The notes under the pieces are model-generated. The model had not been told where the DNA came from, ran no database searches, and saw only the letters and a program-made list of their open reading frames with translations. Shown here one piece after another: positions 26,699 to 34,933 of a DNA stretch of 44,105 nt (the stretch's first letter is position 1; each line of letters opens with the position of its first letter). The DNA is from a virus (taxonomy: Duplodnaviria > Caudoviricetes), in the IMG/VR virus record IMGVR_UViG_3300020044_011666, positions 1 to 44,105 of that record; one strand, written 5' to 3'. The position numbers and the translations under genes were made by a program.

Positions 26699-26863
26699 TC
26701 ACACCAATATTTTGGTAGACTTAAACAACACAGAATAGTTTTTGTATTCTGGATGTTTTATTTTAAATACTTTGTCGTGCGGGACAATATTAGTAGGTGG
26801 TATACTGTATTGAACATGCTGAAGAAAGGGCATAAAGCGATAGAGTTTAGTAGTTTTGGACAT
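26699..26863 (-). CDS. Small hypothetical protein (54 aa; frame stays open 26 codons past the TGA)
   Basis: GGAG RBS, ATG 26863, MSKTTKLYRFMPFLQHVQY... Confidence 0.4.
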   Translation of the reverse strand: MSKTTKLYRFMPFLQHVQYSIPPTNIVPHDKVFKIKHPEYKNYSVLFKSTKILV

Positions 26864-27220
26864 TAGTTAGCACTCCGTAGAAGATAAAAAGAACAAGCAC
26901 AAACAATTTGTAGGCATACGATTAAATTTTAGTCAATTTATATACGAGCTGGACAATATTTGTACAAAATAGTTGCATTAATGTCTATATAATGGGCCAA
27001 ATCCGATAAGTCCTATTTTTTTCATGGATGGTGGTGGTGCGGATGATAGGCATTATCGTTTAAAATGGCTTTTATTCTACTAATTTATTAGATTTATAGG
27101 ATTTAAATAAATAATAATACATTAATATAACTACTTCATTTCAAAACAAAGAGTTGTAACTCAAAGTAGAGCTCCGGCTACCTTAGTTAACCAGCTACTT
27201 TAGTTTAGCAAAAGCCAAAT

Positions 27221-27252
27221 AAAAAAGCACTGCTACCCTAAAGTAACAGTGC
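27221..27252 (-). terminator. Intrinsic terminator
   Basis: Minus strand agcactgttac-tttagg-gtagcagtgct followed by a U-tract. Confidence 0.7.
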
Positions 27253-27423
27253 TATTGATTTTGAGTAAAGCCTCCGCTTTATGTTTAGTTCTCTGAGCAT
27301 TTTCAGTTTTATTTGAACATTAGCAGACTCATAAAAAGAGAACCAAGCTAGTATATAGCCTGGTTCATCTCTTAATTGGTATAGTCTATCTAGTTCTTTG
27401 TCAATACAACTAAGACTCTTCAT
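27238..27423 (-). CDS. Hypothetical protein
   Basis: Short ORF overlapping the upstream gene; start uncertain. Confidence 0.45.
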   Translation of the reverse strand: MKSLSCIDKELDRLYQLRDEPGYILAWFSFYESANVQIKLKMLRELNIKRRLYSKSIALLL

Positions 27424-27646
27424 CGTTACACACTTCGTCATAAAACTCTTGAGCAAGTTTTAAGTCTTTTTCTAACAGTATTGCACCTCTAGCAATAGCT
27501 AGTAGAGTTCTAACTATTGTAGTTCTTTGCTTCATCATAGTAAAGTCAATTACTTCAAGCGGGTGATCTAAAAAATCAAGTGAAATTTCATTGAGAAGTT
27601 CCGCAAGCTCTATTAGCTCTTGTTGGTCTAAATCTTGTACATTCAT
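27410..27646 (-). CDS. Acidic hypothetical protein
   Basis: GAGGA RBS before MNVQDLD; rich in D/E. Confidence 0.6.
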   Translation of the reverse strand: MNVQDLDQQELIELAELLNEISLDFLDHPLEVIDFTMMKQRTTIVRTLLAIARGAILLEKDLKLAQEFYDEVCNDEES

Positions 27647-27671
27647 ACTACTATCCTCTTTGTTTACTATC

Positions 27672-28337
27672 AATGACTACAAATAAGTACTTTGCCTAAG
27701 ATGGTTTGATTAAGAATTAAGATGGAACGTTCCAATCGTCTTCTTGTACTTTTGCAACTTTCTTTGCCTTAGCTTTAGTTACTTTAGGCTTCACAGTTTT
27801 TGGCACTTCTACAGCTTCTAAACTATCAAGCAAGTCATCCAAAGAATCAAATGCAGTTGGGTAAGACTCTGCATATACTATTGAGTCTTTGGTAGCCGCA
27901 ATCTCTTCTTGTACAACACTTAGTTGATCAATTGGCAATTCACCAGTAGACAACTTAGTTAACAACTCAGTTTGAGCTTTCTTAAACTCTCTTTGTTGTT
28001 TGGTCCATTGATTCACCCCCAACTTGCACATTGAGTTCAAACCAGTGGTTGTACCGGCTTTTGCACCGTATTCGTGGTCAGCAACAAGTTCCCACTTCTT
28101 ATGATAGTAGCAAAAAACTGCAATTACTTTGCCGTTCTCATCTTTATAAGAAGTTGGACCATTAGAACCACTTGCAGTCTTAGAACTCATTAGTTCAATT
28201 AGTTGAGGCATGAGTTCACTAACCAGTTTGTCTTTGTTAGCTGACAACAAGGTGTTCAATTCATTAAATACTTTTTTGATTGACATAATATTACTCCAAA
28301 GGGTAGTGTTATGACAAAGTACTTATTTGTAATCATT
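27672..28337. repeat. 23-bp inverted repeat pair flanking ORF 27717-28286
   Basis: 27672-27694 aatgactacaaataagtactttg matches the reverse complement of 28315-28337 (aatgattacaaataagtactttg) at 22/23. Confidence 0.85.
27717..28286 (-). CDS. First early gene, hypothetical, paralog of 25899-26399
   Basis: GGAG RBS; CYYHKKW...GLNSMCK.GVNQWTKQQ; Lys-rich tail. Confidence 0.8.
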   Translation of the reverse strand: MSIKKVFNELNTLLSANKDKLVSELMPQLIELMSSKTASGSNGPTSYKDENGKVIAVFCYYHKKWELVADHEYGAKAGTTTGLNSMCKLGVNQWTKQQREFKKAQTELLTKLSTGELPIDQLSVVQEEIAATKDSIVYAESYPTAFDSLDDLLDSLEAVEVPKTVKPKVTKAKAKKVAKVQEDDWNVPS

Positions 28338-28605
28338 AAATTGTTAAATAACAGAGCTACTGCTAATGAGTAGTCTTTATTGCTCCTTCTTACTAACTTT
28401 ACCTCAGTTGGTTGAGTTAATTTGTTCAACTCACTTAAGATATATAATACACTAATATTTTCATTTGTATAATATTAAAAAAGCATATTAAACTAAGTTA
28501 TTATAGCCTATTCCTTTTATTAATATGTGCACGTGCGTTTATCATGAATGACTTAACTTGTACAATACTTTAATAGAATAAGCATATAATTAAAAGCTAT
28601 GTGTC

Positions 28606-28751
28606 TGCTAATCATTGTCAAGCAGCATAAATTCTTATATGACAATGCTATTCATTTGCATATGATAATCATTATCAAACAACATAGCATAACAGTTGCT
28701 ATACTATTACTTTTTATCCTGAGTATCATATGCTTGCGATAATCACTTGCA
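28606..28751. promoter_or_regulatory. Cluster of Fur-box-like sites
   Basis: Perfect 7-1-7 TGATAATCATTATCA at 28663-28677; degenerate copies at 28606-28620, 28646-28660 and 28737-28751. Confidence 0.6.
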
Positions 28752-28822
28752 TTTGCCAGACTTTACTATTCTGAGAGGGCTAGGAAGTCCGAGGCGGCCC
28801 TAAGTCTCCTTACAACGTCAGT

Positions 28823-29010
28823 AGTAAAATATTCTTCATAAGTAACTATAATAAATTTAATATAAATGCTTAGAAATAGACAGTAAAATATTCTTCATAA
28901 GTAACTATAATAAATTTAATATAAATGCTTAAAATAGGCAGTAAAATATTCTTCATAAGTAACTATAATAAATTTAATAATCTTTCTAGTGTAGTATAAT
29001 AAATTTAATA
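28823..29010. repeat. AT-rich tandem repeat, 58-59-bp period
   Basis: 40-bp core agtaaaatattcttcataagtaactataataaatttaata at 28823, 28882 and 28940, plus a 16-bp partial copy at 28995. Confidence 0.95.
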
Positions 29011-29024
29011 AAATCCGGTGTAAA

Positions 29025-29049
29025 TAAAAGGCAGTCATAAACTGCCTCC
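29025..29049 (-). terminator. Intrinsic terminator after TerL
   Basis: Minus strand aggcagt-ttatg-actgcct followed by a U-tract. Confidence 0.7.
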
Positions 29050-29056
29050 GTATTAC

Positions 29057-30760
29057 TTAAACATCATGACCATTTTGCTTCCTCTGCTTCGACCCACCTC
29101 CCTTTATCTTGCCAAGCGCATCTTGTAATCCAACAGCAATTTGACGCAGTACATCAGCTCCATGAGAGTACTCATTATGCAAAGGAGTTGCCTTCCATAC
29201 TTCTTGCTTCTCATCCCACTCTTTAGTATAGTTTAGCATGCAAGACATCATGTATTTACACTTAGCATCAACCCATAAAGACTTTATCATTTGCTTAACC
29301 ATCTCAATGCCCTCAGCTATTGAAGACTTAGGCAATACTCGGATACTAGGATTCCTACCCTTTAGCTTAAGCAACTCTTTCACTTTATCCAATCTAGTTC
29401 TAGCCTTACCAGCGGCGGTTCCGCCTGTTAGTTCACGCACCTGGATATCATGGGGAAATACAAGGCTATTTACTTCAATACCTTGTTCAAACGCGTAATC
29501 TAAATAGTGTTCTATGTCAAAGCCATTGTTCCAGTACTCACCTATGATTCTAAACTCACCATCATAATACTGCACAAATGCTAGCACAAAATAATCGTCC
29601 ACCCCCAAGTCAAAGTAAACCTCAACCGGTAAGTTTACATCATACAAGTCATGCATAATACGACCATTGCCAACTACGTGCACATTGAACAATCTTGAGT
29701 AATATGTACCGTCGCGTGTTGCAGCAAAAGCTTCTTCAGGAGTTGCAGGATATTCCTGATACACATCTTCGCCCAATTCACGGCGTTGAACAATCCAGAA
29801 ATTCTTCTGCTCATTAGTTAGCTTAATACCTAAAGTAGCTTCTAGCTTAGTAAAGTACTGTGCTGCTTTGTCATCAATAACTTGATCAACAGGTTCAACA
29901 CAGTCTGGGTCTTCAACCCAAGGCAAGAATACTGGCTTGAAGTCCTTCTCTGACAACGGCCCGGATGCTTGTGCTACTATAGCTGAGTCCCACATGATTT
30001 TGAACATGTTAGCACCTTCAGCGGTGCTTTCAATCGCTCCAGTGTTACCACGGCCTAGTGCCTGCAAAGTACCAGTCTTTGTTTCTTTAGCTCTTTTAGG
30101 GTTTTCATTAGCTATCTTACCAAACTCAGATATGTGCAACCTTTGCAGTGTCGTAGACCGAAATGACACACGAATAAACACTGTACTGTGGTTAGAAAAA
30201 GCTAACTCTTTAGTGTTGTCTTTCTTTAGCTTAATGCCTAGCGACTCTTTAATCTGCGGATCAAAGTTATCCCACAGAAACTTAGAACGTTCTAGCAGTG
30301 TCATTGCTTCGGCAGCACCTTGTGCCATCAAACCAATGTTTAAAAACGGGCAAAATAAAGCATCATCAAAAAACGACACTAAGAAAAACGTAGATATACC
30401 TTGTTGGCGAGACTTTAGGATAATAATACGAGGATGTTCACGAGTTGCAGAGTAGACTCGATGCTGAGCATAGTTCATTCTAAACTGAACAGCTTTACCG
30501 TTCTTGTCTACCACTTTGTAGAGGTTATTTAACCGCCACAGTTTTGAACGTAAGTACAAGCGTTCAAAGTCTGCATCAGTAGTTCCAGCAGGTGGAGGGT
30601 TGTTATAGCGGTTATACAGCCCAACTAAGTCAGGGTATAACTTATTGAATACTACTTCAGTTATACGAAGTTTGTTAGGCTTACTGGTCAGACTCGGGAG
30701 CGTCACTAAGCCAGCTTGAGTATCTATGATTACCGGTTGAGTCATAATTGTTCTGCACAT
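29057..30760 (-). CDS. terL: Terminase large subunit
   Basis: MNYAQ, LKSRQQGIST (Walker A), LHISE (Walker B), ESTA, QEYP, FDLGVDD and HGAD nuclease motifs; start uncertain. Confidence 0.93.
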   Translation of the reverse strand: MCRTIMTQPVIIDTQAGLVTLPSLTSKPNKLRITEVVFNKLYPDLVGLYNRYNNPPPAGTTDADFERLYLRSKLWRLNNLYKVVDKNGKAVQFRMNYAQHRVYSATREHPRIIILKSRQQGISTFFLVSFFDDALFCPFLNIGLMAQGAAEAMTLLERSKFLWDNFDPQIKESLGIKLKKDNTKELAFSNHSTVFIRVSFRSTTLQRLHISEFGKIANENPKRAKETKTGTLQALGRGNTGAIESTAEGANMFKIMWDSAIVAQASGPLSEKDFKPVFLPWVEDPDCVEPVDQVIDDKAAQYFTKLEATLGIKLTNEQKNFWIVQRRELGEDVYQEYPATPEEAFAATRDGTYYSRLFNVHVVGNGRIMHDLYDVNLPVEVYFDLGVDDYFVLAFVQYYDGEFRIIGEYWNNGFDIEHYLDYAFEQGIEVNSLVFPHDIQVRELTGGTAAGKARTRLDKVKELLKLKGRNPSIRVLPKSSIAEGIEMVKQMIKSLWVDAKCKYMMSCMLNYTKEWDEKQEVWKATPLHNEYSHGADVLRQIAVGLQDALGKIKGGGSKQRKQNGHDV

Positions 30761-31208
30761 TCACTTGAGTGGAGTTTTTGTTGAAGAAAGCATTTTGCAA
30801 TTTGCACAATGATTCCGTGATAGATTCAAGCTCACTAGCATGCTCACAACTTGCAGATAACCCGCGAAGTCGCTTGTTTATAGTAGTTGCAGTCTGAACC
30901 ATTTCCGCAGACAACGTATCAAGAAGATTTTTAGAACTACTTACATTGGTTAAAGCATCTTTAATTTCTGACTTTAAGCTCTGTGGTGCATTAGCTTCAG
31001 CAAGTTCCATTAAATCAGCTAATGTATTTTTATCAAGTTCTAAAAATTCTGCAACTTGGTTATTATTTTGGGCTTCTTCAAGCTCACGTTTGTAGCGCAA
31101 TATAGTTGGATAAGACACATCGTCAAAGTCTTTTGATATAGTACTAGCTTGCTCACCATTTAATAGTCTAGAGCAAATTAAATACTTACTTCTTGCTTCT
31201 GTCGACAT
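30681..31208 (-). CDS. terS: Probable terminase small subunit
   Basis: N-terminal HTH (VSYPTILRYK), helical body, TQVNVQNN tail, directly upstream of terL. Confidence 0.65.
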   Translation of the reverse strand: MSTEARSKYLICSRLLNGEQASTISKDFDDVSYPTILRYKRELEEAQNNNQVAEFLELDKNTLADLMELAEANAPQSLKSEIKDALTNVSSSKNLLDTLSAEMVQTATTINKRLRGLSASCEHASELESITESLCKLQNAFFNKNSTQVNVQNNYDSTGNHRYSSWLSDAPESDQ

Positions 31209-31350
31209 TCTCGCGCTCCCATTTAACTAATAAATCTACAACAAGAGCACTAAAGTTAATATTTCGCTTTATACATAGTTCACGAACTCTTTGCACAGCA
31301 GCAGTTTCTTCTGCATTCTTCTCCTTTGTCGAGAATGTATGAATTGCCAT
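31186..31350 (-). CDS. Small ribbon-helix-helix-like regulator
   Basis: GAGG RBS before MAIHTFST (beta) ...VRELC...NFSALVVDLL (two helices). Confidence 0.55.
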   Translation of the reverse strand: MAIHTFSTKEKNAEETAAVQRVRELCIKRNINFSALVVDLLVKWERENVDRSKK

Positions 31351-31460
31351 AACAAGCACCTCTATTAAAAATAATAAACATTGTACCATTTTTATGTTTA
31401 CAATGTACACTGTTTTGTATAATATATAAAGTCCAATCCACAACCTAAATAGGTACCAAA

Positions 31461-32177
31461 ATGCAAAATGAAAACGTAGAAACTCAGACTTTTGAATCTA
31501 AAGTCACTTCTATCGTCAGTAGCGCCACACTAGACGAGTCCGGTAACTTAGTTCTACCTGAAGGTCTTGAATTAGATGAAGCTACTGCATTTGCAGTAAA
31601 GACTGAAAAACGTCGTCGTGACACTCAGGCCGCATACAGTCGTTCACAGCAGCAACTTAAGCAAGTAACATCAGCTCAAGATGCTGCTTGGAACTTGTTA
31701 GAGCAAGAAATTTCAGTTAGCTTAACACCAGAACAGCAAACTGAATTGGAAGAACTTAAGACAGTTAATCCAGAACAGTGGCGTATCAAGTTAAATCAGC
31801 TTGAAAACGGCAAAAAAGCTAAAGTACAAACTTTGCGTGAAGAAACTACCAACAAGTCTACTATTGAAGTAGAGCTGGAATCTCGTAAAGAGCTTATTGC
31901 TGAATACAACAAAGCAAATCCTGGTAAAGAACTTACTGATGATGTTATTGAAAACGACATTCCTCCTCGTTTTACAAAACAGCTAGAAAAAGGCGAAATT
32001 ACATTTGCTGAATTTGTTAGTAAATGTGGAGACTTCCTAGGTAAAGGCAAAGTGCTTGATAAAGGTACTGAAGCTGACACTGAAGTAGACCTTTCATTAG
32101 CTAATGGCAAATCAAAACTTCCTGATGATGTCATTGCTAAGAGTTCTTCTATGGATTACTCAAAAGAAACTTATTAA
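31461..32177 (+). CDS. Probable capsid scaffolding protein
   Basis: Acidic coiled-coil protein with KRRRDTQAAY motif, upstream of the capsid gene. Confidence 0.7.
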   Translation: MQNENVETQTFESKVTSIVSSATLDESGNLVLPEGLELDEATAFAVKTEKRRRDTQAAYSRSQQQLKQVTSAQDAAWNLLEQEISVSLTPEQQTELEELKTVNPEQWRIKLNQLENGKKAKVQTLREETTNKSTIEVELESRKELIAEYNKANPGKELTDDVIENDIPPRFTKQLEKGEITFAEFVSKCGDFLGKGKVLDKGTEADTEVDLSLANGKSKLPDDVIAKSSSMDYSKETY

Positions 32178-32180
32178 AAA

Positions 32181-32210
32181 TTGTACTTTTGTTAAAAAAC
32201 GGCCTATAAT
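32181..32210 (+). promoter_or_regulatory. Sigma70-like promoter for the major capsid gene
   Basis: TTGTAC-N18-TATAAT, followed by a structured leader of about 150 nt. Confidence 0.65.
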
Positions 32211-32365
32211 AATGTATGAATCCGATAATCCACTTGCTTATTAGATTCTTATGTTTTAACCAGGCCCTTTTAGGTTCCCTGTAACACTGTAGCAAGTTTG
32301 CTGCATACTTTAGGGTTAGGAGTTTCCTGGCCGACACTTAAAATTTTATTAACAGGTGGTGCATT

Positions 32366-33520
32366 ATGTCTACAGGCGTAGTAGCGTATAACTCGGAGCT
32401 TGTTCGCAAGCGCTGGATGCGTGAAGGCTTGATTCAGGCAGCTTCTAAGTCTTTCTGGTCACCAATGACCGGAACGACCAAAGATGCTGTTGTATTTCAA
32501 GCTAATAACGAAAACTCTGGCGCAGGCCATACAGTTGTTTTTAATTATGATGGTAACCTTTCTGGTAAAGCAGTTCGTGGTAAAGAAACTGCTTTTGGTA
32601 AAGGCGAAGTCAAGCGTAAATTTTCCGATAAACTCACTGTTGAACGTTACCGTTTGGTTGTTGACAACGGCGATAAGTTTGACGGCGTTAATATCGGCGA
32701 CTTGAGCATCAACGAGCACTCAGATTCTCGTTCAAAACTTGGTGATTTGTTTGTTCGCTTCAAGGACCAAGGTTTGTTCGACTCTGCCCAAGGTTTGCTT
32801 TTGCAATCTGATGGTGTAGCTCAAACAAGTACACATAACATTGACCTTGGTGCAACCTTTAACTTCAACTCTTTGATTGCCATCGAAACTCAGTTGAAAA
32901 CTGGCCAATTTACTACTGGTGGCGTTCGTCGTCCTCCAGATCCCTACATCATGAAAAATGGTGAGTCTTGCTGGTTGTTTGTTATCGACTCTGCAATGGC
33001 TGGTAAACTGCGTGCTGACACTGCAGGCTATCAGACCGTAATGAAGGATGCAGACTCTCGTGGTATGAACAACCGCAACATCAAAGGCGTTATCGGTAAA
33101 ATCGGCAGTTTGCTGGTTGTAGTAGCTGATCAATTCTTTGGTGCCACTGCAGGTTCTACCTACGGTTGGAGTTTGAATGACTCAGAAATTGAAATCTCTG
33201 GCCTTCGCCAATACGACGGTGCAACTCCTGCAGCGGCTCTTTGGACTGGTCAAGAAGGCTTCAACTATGCTTCTTCAAATCTGCACTCACGTGGTTTGAT
33301 CTTGGGCGCTGGTGCTTTACAGCTTGGTATGGGCAAACAACCTGACTATAAATGGAAGCCTTCTCAAGACTTCGACATTAAGTCAGAATCAGCATTGGAG
33401 ACTTGGATGGAAGTTCGCAAAACCAAGCTTGTTGCTGAAAGTGGTCCTGCGTTGAAAGCTGCTAAAGTTGCTAGTATTGACTATGGCGTTGTTACTGTCG
33501 ACGTACAGATAGGAGTGTAA
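32366..33520 (+). CDS. Major capsid protein (N4 gp56/DUF4043-like)
   Basis: 384 aa; GHTVVF...LSG..V.G.E...G.GE pattern; G.IG.IG; DYGVVTVD C-terminus; biased codon use. Confidence 0.85.
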   Translation: MSTGVVAYNSELVRKRWMREGLIQAASKSFWSPMTGTTKDAVVFQANNENSGAGHTVVFNYDGNLSGKAVRGKETAFGKGEVKRKFSDKLTVERYRLVVDNGDKFDGVNIGDLSINEHSDSRSKLGDLFVRFKDQGLFDSAQGLLLQSDGVAQTSTHNIDLGATFNFNSLIAIETQLKTGQFTTGGVRRPPDPYIMKNGESCWLFVIDSAMAGKLRADTAGYQTVMKDADSRGMNNRNIKGVIGKIGSLLVVVADQFFGATAGSTYGWSLNDSEIEISGLRQYDGATPAAALWTGQEGFNYASSNLHSRGLILGAGALQLGMGKQPDYKWKPSQDFDIKSESALETWMEVRKTKLVAESGPALKAAKVASIDYGVVTVDVQIGV

Positions 33521-33524
33521 TAAA

Positions 33525-33974
33525 ATGGCTTTTACTAATTACTCTCGTTCGCCTAAGTTCAACCAAAAGCGCAGCATTAGTTATTTAGCTATTGAGCTAA
33601 CTGAAGCTGCTGTAGCAAATGCAATGACTGGTGAAATTGGTGTGGTCACTGGCAATGAGCTTGTTGCTAAACTTCCACCTAATGCGATTATCCAAGATGC
33701 TTACGTATTTGTTCGCACTGCATCAAATGCTGCTACTTCAGCAGCATTTACTGTAGGTACTGCCGATGGCGGTGCACAAATTCTGTCAGCTGTAAATGCT
33801 AAGATTCTCGGTAAGCAAGGTACCTTTGCAGGTGCTTCGCAAACCGGTACAGGTGTTAGTATTTACGTTAATCGCACCATCACCGGTGCAGCTACTGCTG
33901 TTGGTAAGTATGTCCTGGTTATTGAATACCTGGAATACACCAAAACATCTGGTGAACTTACTAATCTTGCGTAA
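33525..33974 (+). CDS. Capsid decoration/minor structural protein
   Basis: Beta-rich, A/T/G-rich, LPPNAII motif; lies between the capsid gene and its terminator. Confidence 0.6.
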   Translation: MAFTNYSRSPKFNQKRSISYLAIELTEAAVANAMTGEIGVVTGNELVAKLPPNAIIQDAYVFVRTASNAATSAAFTVGTADGGAQILSAVNAKILGKQGTFAGASQTGTGVSIYVNRTITGAATAVGKYVLVIEYLEYTKTSGELTNLA

Positions 33975-33980
33975 GTTGTT

Positions 33981-34010
33981 AATAAGAGGCCTTAACTGGC
34001 CTCTTATTTT
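33981..34010 (+). terminator. Intrinsic terminator
   Basis: aataagaggcc-ttaact-ggcctcttatttt. Confidence 0.85.
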
Positions 34011-34026
34011 ACTTAGGAGAACTTAA

Positions 34027-34920
34027 GTGCCCACTAGAATAGAAAACATAATTCTTCGTGCCCGTGATACTTTAGCCGATCCTAGTGCTAAACGCTTTTC
34101 CAACGAAAGACTATTACGTCTGGTATCCGATGGCCAGCAAGACATAGTTAAACAGTCTAAGATACTGCGTTCGCAGTTCAATTTGCTACCTGAAACAAAC
34201 AAAGCAATATACGATTTACCTACCGATGTTTGGCAATTTACCAGGGCGTCGGTAAAAGGCATTCCTGTACCTTTTCGCACTTATGACGAACTGGACAATT
34301 TCGGCAGTAACGCCAATATAATGAGCGATGTGTACCAGCTAAATAGCTACGGTAACGAAGTAGATTTTGGCTTACACTATTCTAATTGGCAAGAAAAAAC
34401 AGGTCCTAAAGTTACTACTTTAGTTTACGACCGCATGAATGTTCACCAAATTCGCTTGTTTCCTATTCCTAACGAAGAATCTGCAGATTTTAACTATGTA
34501 TTTAGTTCAGTATATGGGGTCATTACTGATATAGGTGGTGGCACATTTAATAGCCAATATGGTGTGGTAACTAACATAACTATAGTTGGCTATGAAGTCA
34601 CTATATCAGGTAATTTTGGCGTTGTTACGTCGTTACAAGAAGCTTTGTACCCTATTTCAATTTGGTATTTTCAGCTAGCTCCTGACATAGCTACAGTAAA
34701 CGACAACCTAGTTGTTTCACCAATGTTTGATGTCGCTTTAAAATACTATGTTGTTGGTCATGCTTTAAGAGATGACTTGGATGTACAAAATCGTCAAATG
34801 GGCTCAGAATCACTTAGTTTTTACGAACGAGAGTTAGTTTTAGCCAAATCTAGCTCTGCAATAAATAACACGCAAAATAGAGAGCGTGTTGTAAATTACT
34901 CAACCGCTTTTGATAACTAA
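34027..34920 (+). CDS. Head-tail adaptor (tail tubular A-like)
   Basis: I..RAR..L.D....RFS...L; Y.LP.D; IRLFP.P; AL.YYV..A pattern; GTG start after AGGAG. Confidence 0.7.
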   Translation: MPTRIENIILRARDTLADPSAKRFSNERLLRLVSDGQQDIVKQSKILRSQFNLLPETNKAIYDLPTDVWQFTRASVKGIPVPFRTYDELDNFGSNANIMSDVYQLNSYGNEVDFGLHYSNWQEKTGPKVTTLVYDRMNVHQIRLFPIPNEESADFNYVFSSVYGVITDIGGGTFNSQYGVVTNITIVGYEVTISGNFGVVTSLQEALYPISIWYFQLAPDIATVNDNLVVSPMFDVALKYYVVGHALRDDLDVQNRQMGSESLSFYERELVLAKSSSAINNTQNRERVVNYSTAFDN

Positions 34921-34933
34921 TAGGTAAATAGAA

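Noticed and set aside
26618-26863. Genome-wide stop-codon reassignment
   Set aside because: Long genes are intact under code 11, TGA and TAG end real genes, and no suppressor tRNA was seen
27672-28337. Transposon/MITE or invertible cassette
   Set aside because: No transposase or invertase and no target-site duplication seen; G-U-compatible mismatches favour RNA pairing
28823-28979. CRISPR mini-array
   Set aside because: The intervening 18-19-bp segments are nearly identical to each other and too short, so this is a tandem repeat; no cas operon is present
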